Assembly: GCA_044892525.1 (NCBI GenBank)
Contig: CM097885.1
Coordinates: 53,446,001 to 53,510,000 of the forward strand
Direction: 5' to 3'
Length of the DNA stretch: 64,000 bases
From: Schmidtea polychroa
Taxonomy: Eukaryota
In this document: piece by piece, positions 56,800-64,000 of the stretch
Layout: every line of letters begins with the position of its first letter
Position numbering within the stretch: position 1 is the first letter of the stretch
Position numbers and translations under genes: made by a program
The notes under the pieces: model-generated
The model's database searches: none
Seen by the model: the letters and a program-made list of their open reading frames with translations, nothing else
What the model was told of the DNA's origin: nothing

Positions 56800-59324
56800 A
56801 TTTTATACTTAGAGATTTCATTAGTGTCTTTTCAAAAATTACTCCTTTTGGTCATTGTTTTATATCAAGCACTCGATCCGAGTATGCCAAATCAGCATCT
56901 TCATTGGACAGCAACCTTTGTTCAATTTATTCTCTTAGTTTTTTGAAAAACGTTTTCACATCAATTAGTGGATCATTTTTACTTTCTTTTTTGTGAAGTG
57001 AAACTCCTCTGAAAAGGTTATTATCTACAGCAGTGGCCGCAATTTTATAATAGGGACCTGAAATGATTTGTCATTCTTCAAAAACCTGTATAAGAGCCTT
57101 GATCTTTTGATCTGCCTTGTAAAGGTTCGTGTTGCGCTCTTGCAAATCCAAACTTAACTCTTGGAGGGCATCACACATCAATCTGAGGTCTAATACAAAT
57201 TCTGTAGAAGTAATCTTTCGCTGCAAACCTTCATATGTGCATTGATCTCTTTTGTCTTTGGTTGGATCATGTTTTGCTTTTTCAAAATGCTTCACAAAAA
57301 CATCAAAATCTTCCCAAACTGCTAAAACTGAACGGAAACTGGATCCCACTCATCTCGTGCTCAACATTTTTCCAATTTTTAACCACTCAGTTTGTAACAA
57401 ATTAGCATATATTTGCATTTCTCTTGAATATTTTGGCGAAACATGATAAAGGACATACAGTTTGTCAATGAATGCTTTAAATCGGTTGATCCCCTAAATT
57501 TGTTTTATGGTATCACCAATGGAGAGTTCTAGTTGAAACATGCATTGATTGAATGAAGTATATGGCCCATCTCAATTCCGTCCAGTTCTTGCAAATTAAT
57601 TTCAGATTCAAAATTATGAAACGATTGGTTTTCTTTGGCCACTTTATATGCTGTACGAAAAATATTTGCAGTTACGACTTTTTCACGAGATAATGCCTTT
57701 AACAACATGTTCTCGAGAGGTGCCGCATCGGCTTCGGCTAGCGTCTTAAGTGCAACTTTATAAGCCGCAGTTTCCTTATGATCGAACAATTTTTTTCGTT
57801 ATGACATAAGCTGTTTTCGATTAATGCCGAAGTAGGTTATTTGATTGTTAGACCATTCCTTGGATACTTTCATTTCCATCTTTGCCTCAACTCCGAGTTT
57901 GCCAACTTTTCGCCAAGTTTTTATCATGGAAAGATAGCCAGTCTTATTTTGTACATAACTCATTTTTTTGATACAAAGTCCAGTAGGCAGGCCAGTCAGC
58001 ATCACCAGGTTGTAGTGGCTCAATAGCAGCAGATGATCCAAGAACGCTTGAAGGCAATATTTCCGACGGTTCCGTTATGGTTTCTGCTGTGACACTAATT
58101 TCTGCCGGTATTTCTTCACTCAATTTGCTTTCTTTATTTTGCGGAAAATCGTTTGATTGCGAAGCCGAAAAGAAATCAAAAATCTTCTTCATTTTCAAAG
58201 TGAGATAAATTAATTATATACTAAGTAATTAATTATAAATTTTAATTTTTAAACTTGTTTTCAAATCTTCTATTCATAACGTTTAAAAACACCGTGGCCA
58301 GAAATGAGTTATCAATTAATAACGTCATATTAAGAGTGTGTTTAGAAAATTTTGGCTGCCTGGACTGGTTTCAGTTTATAATCCCATAAATTGAACTTAT
58401 TAAGGAATATTTCTGAGAAACGTGATATTTTGAGAAAATAAATTTATAATTACTAATTCAAAAACAATTTAATAAATATTTTACAATAAATTACAACAAA
58501 GAAATAACATATTTCGGTAAATTTCAATAAAGTTGTAAAATATTTATCAAATTGTAACAAGATTATAAAAATATTGAAACAAAGTAATAATATGATGAGG
58601 CGAATTGCAACGACTAAATACATTTTTCATCAAATTGTACTTATTATATTTCGGTAAACTTAAACCAATGTGTAAAATATTTATTAAATAGTAATAAAAT
58701 AAAAAATATTACAACAAAGCAACAAAATAGTTTAAGTAATTGGAAATAAAATAATGCATAACTTCTATGAAAGGCAACAAATTAATAAGATATTGCAATA
58801 AGTTGTGTAACCTTTCATTAAATTACAACAAATGAATAACATATTACAGTAAATTTACATAAAGTTATGAAATTTTTAAATTAAAGTAAATTAAAATTCA
58901 GATTTTTTAATTAGAGTAAATTATGGTCTAAAATTTTGAATTAAAGTAAATTAAGACTCTTAATTTAAGAGTCTAAAAATATTAAATTAAAGTAAATTAT
59001 GGTCTAAAATTTTCAATTAAAGTAAATTATGGAAATATGACTTTAATTGACGGCACAATAGCGAACGGTCTGCAAGTGCACTTGCTCAGCGTTAATAACA
59101 AACATTACCTTATGTGAGTTATACGCAATTGCGCACTAATCGACACGATGCGAATATAATTATTATACTACTTTAGAACATTTTTGCTATTCATATATAA
59201 GTGTTAACTTACATATGAAAATGTAAAATTCTTATAAAATTTAAAAAATTAATAATTTTTATTTTTTATAAGTCGGAAAAGGTGCCGGTATGCCGTACCG
59301 GCGCGTAGTCACAAAAAAGCACTA
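56800..59324 (-). mobile_element. Decayed hAT transposon (KIAA1586-like transposase remnant)
   Basis: Terminus TAGTGCTTTTTTGTGACT..GCCGGTACGGCATACCGGCACC; fragments WPAYWT, IFRTAYKVAKE, TRWVGSSFRSVLAVW-like, LMCDALQELS. The left boundary is approximate. Confidence 0.75.
58870..59032. repeat. TTAAAGTAAATTATGGTCTAAAA tandem repeat
   Basis: About six degenerate ~30-bp units, subterminal in the hAT element. Confidence 0.7.
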
Positions 59325-59778
59325 TTTATAATGAAAAAATCTTCGAAACGTCTACATTCTTTTATTTTAAATTAACCAAACTAATGAAAATAAATATGCA
59401 TGACTAATAAAACATAAATAACAAAAGCCGGTATGAACCTTTTATTTTGAAAGTGACTTAAGTCTATTTATGTTCAGTCACTTTCAAAATAAATTTTTTT
59501 ATTATTCTATTTTCTATCTAATCTTAGTGATTTTAAATATATTATTTATAATCTACTTCAAAATGAAAAGGTAACGTAAAAATGTAATTAATTCAATAGC
59601 TACTTGAAATTTTGATAATTAGACTTAGGCCACTTTCAAAATAACCGACTCATATTTGTTAAGTAATATATTTAAATAGAAATGTTTTACAATGTCACAG
59701 TCTCATATTCAGTAATTGCTATTCACACCCACTCAACCTTCGCTCATTCTGACTCTGCCCTTATGGTTTTCACGATTT

Positions 59779-59860
59779 CCGGTAAGTTTATCGAAAACGA
59801 GTTTATCGAAAGCGAGTTTATCGAATGATCAATTGATCGAATGACGAGTTTATCGAGTTT
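59779..59860. repeat. 15-bp GAGTTTATCGAA tandem repeats (possible MULE-like terminus)
   Basis: Five ~15-bp units starting at CCGGTAAG. Confidence 0.55.
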
Positions 59861-60258
59861 ATTTCTGTTTTCCTTTTTCACTAATAAAGAATTGTAAATC
59901 CATTTTCAAATTAATTTTTTAAATATTTAAATTATTATCACTAATAACCGCACTACTTGATAACTGAATATATATTAAATTCAAAAATATAAAAACCTTT
60001 TCTTATTAACACAAAATCAAAAAATGCATAAATGAAGGGAATTTCCGACAATTAATGAAAACATGCGGAAAACCCATTGCAGGTTATTCTTAGGAAAATT
60101 TTTCAGTGTTTTTTTACCCTAAACCTCATTATTTCGGTATTTTTTGCCTTAACCCTTTTTTCAATATTTTTTACCTAAAACGAATTTTTTGCAGCAAATG
60201 CTATTATAAACACATTTCATTTAATTGACACAAAAATTTATTTATTTACTTCATTTAA

Positions 60259-60495
60259 CCCTTTGAGGGCCATGGGCTCAAAATTTTTTATTCCCCCAAA
60301 GGTGCAATTTTGCCATAAAAAATGAATTTTTCCTAAATTGACCTATAATTAAAAATATGGCTATTTTGACAACTATTACAAGCTGTAGAATATATTGGTG
60401 CAAACTAGAAGTTTTTAGCATTTAGTGGACTAGAATTTCGCCCTCAAGACCAAAATAAATTTGTGCGACTGTAGTCGCACGGCGCCCTCAAAAGG
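60259..60495. mobile_element. TTAA-flanked piggyBac-like MITE
   Basis: TTAA|CCCTTTGAGGGC...GCCCTCAAAAGG|TTAA. Confidence 0.8.
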
Positions 60496-60541
60496 TTAAG
60501 AAAACTACCATTGCGTATTGATTACATAATATGTATGGGGG

Positions 60542-61025
60542 CAGGGCTGTCTTAAGAAATTCGACGCTAGTGGGCTACTAAAAATAATGCGCCCTTTTTC
60601 GAAAGAAAATTCACATAATAGCAAACGGTAGCAGGACGTCAGGCAAAGTTATACAAAAGTGTCAGAACTAAAAAAAACAATTTATAACCTATGTATATTA
60701 TAATAACTTTTCAAATTTCAGCACTGATTTCTTTTCCATTGTATTTATTAAAAAGCTTGACTATGAATCAGTAAATATATCGATGCTTTTTTGATATTCA
60801 CAAATTTTCGGCATTGCCATTTTTAAGTGACTATGTATATATTGAATATAAAAATCAGTTAATTATTTTAAGAAATTGTTTTAATTTAAAAATACTTGAA
60901 AACTAATAAAATGAAAAATGAATTTTTATAAAACTAATGACTAAATAACTAATAATAACAAAAAAACATTCATCAAAAATAAAAATTGCCGCCCAAAAGG
61001 CTTGCGCCCTAGGGCTATAGGCCTG
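60542..61025. mobile_element. hAT-like MITE
   Basis: CAGGGCTG...GGCCTG ends with GCGCCC subterminal motifs. Confidence 0.45.
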
Positions 61026-63196
61026 TGATTAGGAAGGTATGGTGCAGAACAATTAATTTTTTACTTTTGAAAGTTCTTCTAATTAACAAAATAAATGATT
61101 TTTAAATTTTAATTTTTACTGATAATTGAAGAAATAAAAACTCGACAATGAAAGGTTTAAACCACCAATTTAACACGAAATAATATTTTTAAAATTTATC
61201 TTTTCTATCGTACTTTATTTTTAGTACTTTATTTCACATTATTTTTTGTTTGTTTGTTACAATTTTATCATTAGTTTTTGGTTTTTCATGAAGTTAAAAA
61301 TTACATGAATGAAATTCGAATTTTTTTTAATTTAAAAGAAATTTATCAATTTATCAATTAGAAAAACCTAATTTCTGTCTGAAACTGTCTATGAAAAGAA
61401 GCGTAACGTGTGATTGATTTATGAATATGTGTCGCGGATAAAATCGGAAAAAATAATTATTTGTCATCAAGTTATGAGGGATTATCTATCGTCTTCATTC
61501 TCACCATTAATTTAAATTATTACTCGCTAAATAAACCTGATTTATTCATGGACATTTTTTATTAGTTTAAATTTTTCTAAACTAAAATAATTTTCGAAAA
61601 TATTAACTTGAGATGTTAAATTTTTAAGAAAATTTTCAACTATTTAAATTTTTTGTTAAAAATAAATGTGTCAAATTAAAATGAAAATTTCTTTTTCTAT
61701 TACCCCTCCTTCCGAAAATATGGTATGCCTTAATAAAAAATTTTTGAAAGCTTTAATTTTTATTTTTAAATAAGTGAGTGTTAGGCAACTAAACAAATGG
61801 CTTGCAAACAGTTTGGCATTTGTAAATTATAATTCAATGAAAAAAAATCACTTATTTTAGACAAATTAAGTGATATCCCATGTTTTAACAAAAAATAGGG
61901 AATTTTGATCAAAATTGCGTTGGATTGAAAGGAAGAAGGTCCAAAGCACCTGACACTTAACCGGGGTAATAGTTTAAACTTAAGAATTTTTTGTAGTATA
62001 AGAAAGGTAAAAAATTGCAGCAGGACGTTATTAATATTGTTGTTAATATTATGTTCCACAGAAGTTGTTGAGACAGCCACATATTTGTTAATTTAAAGTT
62101 TTTTGTATTATTCTTCGTTTTACTAGATATTTGTAACTATTTCATAAATAAATTATTCTTATTAATGAAATTTGTAAATATATATCATATTATCGGAAAA
62201 GAAAAAAATCAAAAATGTAAACCATATTTTTTGACGGGGAGTATTGTGGGGTTGTGGGCCTTGACCTAAATCTTTACCATTGTTTACCGCTGCAAAGAAA
62301 CTAGTTCCCTCTGTTATCATCACTCGACTGACATTCACTAGAAACCCCAATCCAAAACATGCTATAACTAGCCTGCACCCTTCTCCCGCCATGAATGACG
62401 TTGGAACTGTGCAACCTGTGTGGAACCCGAAAATAAAATTGAGAACCCCCTGGGGCTGCTAAATCTCTGAATTTCACCGGTTCATGATGTCGATAGAGGA
62501 CACCTCCTTTCAATGGGGTGTCCCATCTGTACTTAGATCAATGAGTACCTAATATTTCAAATGTAACTCAAAATAACACAATGGTGAAAATTAAATATAT
62601 AATTGTTACAATAACGCGAAGTTCTAAACTACTAAATGTCACAACAATTTTCAAGTGTCAAGGGGGATGTTCCCGAAGGAACTCCTTCGCAATCTGGTTG
62701 ATAGTTTGCATTTCCTGACCACGCCGAATCCGTCGTTAGGCCAGTTTATTCTTCTGCGGTGGCCTTACTCGTTGGCTGTGGATAAGGCCACATTATGAAA
62801 GGATATGGACATTTGAAGGATATGGATAATAGTTAAATGGAAATAATAATAATAATAATGATAATAATAACAATAACAATAATATCGTGAAATTATTATT
62901 TTGGAAAGTGAGAATGGTGACTATGAGGAAAATGAAAGATTCTAAAAGTTTTAATTTGCAATTTGTTAAATTTTAAAATATTTTTATCGAAAAATATTTT
63001 AAAAAGAAGATTGAAATTTAGTATTTTTAAAAATATTTTTATCGAAAAATATTTTAAAAGAAAGATTGAAATTTTTTTAAATAACAAACAAAAGAAAAGA
63101 TAAGTTCTGAGTGTATAATTTATTAAATAAAATTTATGGAATTATCTAGTAATTTGCAAACCGATATTAATGTTTTAACGGACGAGAATCCTAGTT

Positions 63197-64000
63197 TGGT
63201 GGCAAACACCGACGCGATCACCGAAAGATTATTGCCAAAAGTGTTTTGTCAAGGAGAAGTTCATTAGAAGATGCGAGATTTATTTCGATGCTAAAGGCAT
63301 CACGCATAAAAAAGAACACGAAAGATTGACTGCATGTATGATCGACGAGGATTTATTGGAGAAATTTGCAAAGACACTTAAAATAGCAGAAGGGTTTCAA
63401 GCCAGGTTACGGATCGCATTTGATTACGAAAGAGACGTAATAAAGGATATGGAAAGTTTATTGAATTCTAAAAGAAGAGACGAAGAGATTGAAACATATT
63501 TTAAAAAAGTGGAAGATCTTGTCGACAGGTTGTTCGAGAATAAAAAATTCACCAAAGAGAAGTTGACAGAAAAGATGTTGATAGTAGGTGCTGAGAATAA
63601 AGAAGTTGAGAAAGAAGTAATATTGCGGAAGATAAAATGCGTAGAAGACATAAAGGAAACATTAATTCTGATGGATTAATTCTGATAAAGTGGAGAAACA
63701 GAGAGATCAGATAAACGCTATGAAAAGTTACGCAAGAATGGTCTATCAGAATCCACTGAGAAGAGGACAGTACAATGAAAGAGAAGAAGGCAGGCGACGA
63801 GAAGACGTGTCACAGAAGCGAACATATAAGTAGATAAAAAAGTGCAAAGATGTTTTTGGTGTGGGAAAGAAGGTCATATAAAAAGATTTTGTTAAGAAAT
63901 ACGGTGTAAAAGATGCAACAAAAATGGTCATAGATCTGAAGAATGTTATACAAAGTCGAGTTACAAGAAAACGATAGAGAAACAAAAGCCGACAGGAAAG
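63197..64000 (+). mobile_element. Decayed Ty3/gypsy gag region, running off the window
   Basis: PBS-like TGGTGGCA at ~63197, helical gag-like ORF (63326-63679) and CCHC knuckle CFWCGKEGHIKRFC at 63851-63892. Confidence 0.75.

Noticed and set aside
61781..62560. GC-richer stretch with short ORFs on both strands
   Set aside because: No recognisable domain or consistent splice pattern by eye.

Overview
Very AT-rich animal (eukaryotic) genomic DNA with (TA)n/(AAT)n microsatellites and 40-55 nt introns. The style suggests a flatworm-like host, but I cannot establish the species. The centrepiece is a full-length, mildly decayed ~18.7 kb Polinton/Maverick (adintovirus-like) endogenous virus at 29066-47757, with ~1.24 kb TIRs and a perfect 6-bp TSD (TGTTAT). 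It carries the core genes (pPolB, integrase, packaging ATPase, major and minor capsid, adenain-like protease) plus an unusual host-control cassette visible only after splicing: a Bcl-2 homologue, a TBP-fold protein, an IAP-type RING protein, an SSB-like protein and a secreted/GPI-like coiled-coil protein. Many of its genes, including the integrase, have spliceosomal introns, and its TIRs are dense AP-1/nuclear-receptor motif arrays. Elsewhere: a Polinton-derived MITE (8029-9585), a 5.5 kb gene-carrying solo-LTR-like insertion splitting a hAT transposase (17961-23454), several phase-consistent host exons, and many decayed transposons (mariner, Tigger, hAT, MADF-BESS/Harbinger-like, Helitron, piggyBac-like MITEs, gypsy gag). 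All translations and coordinates were read by eye; no database searches were run.
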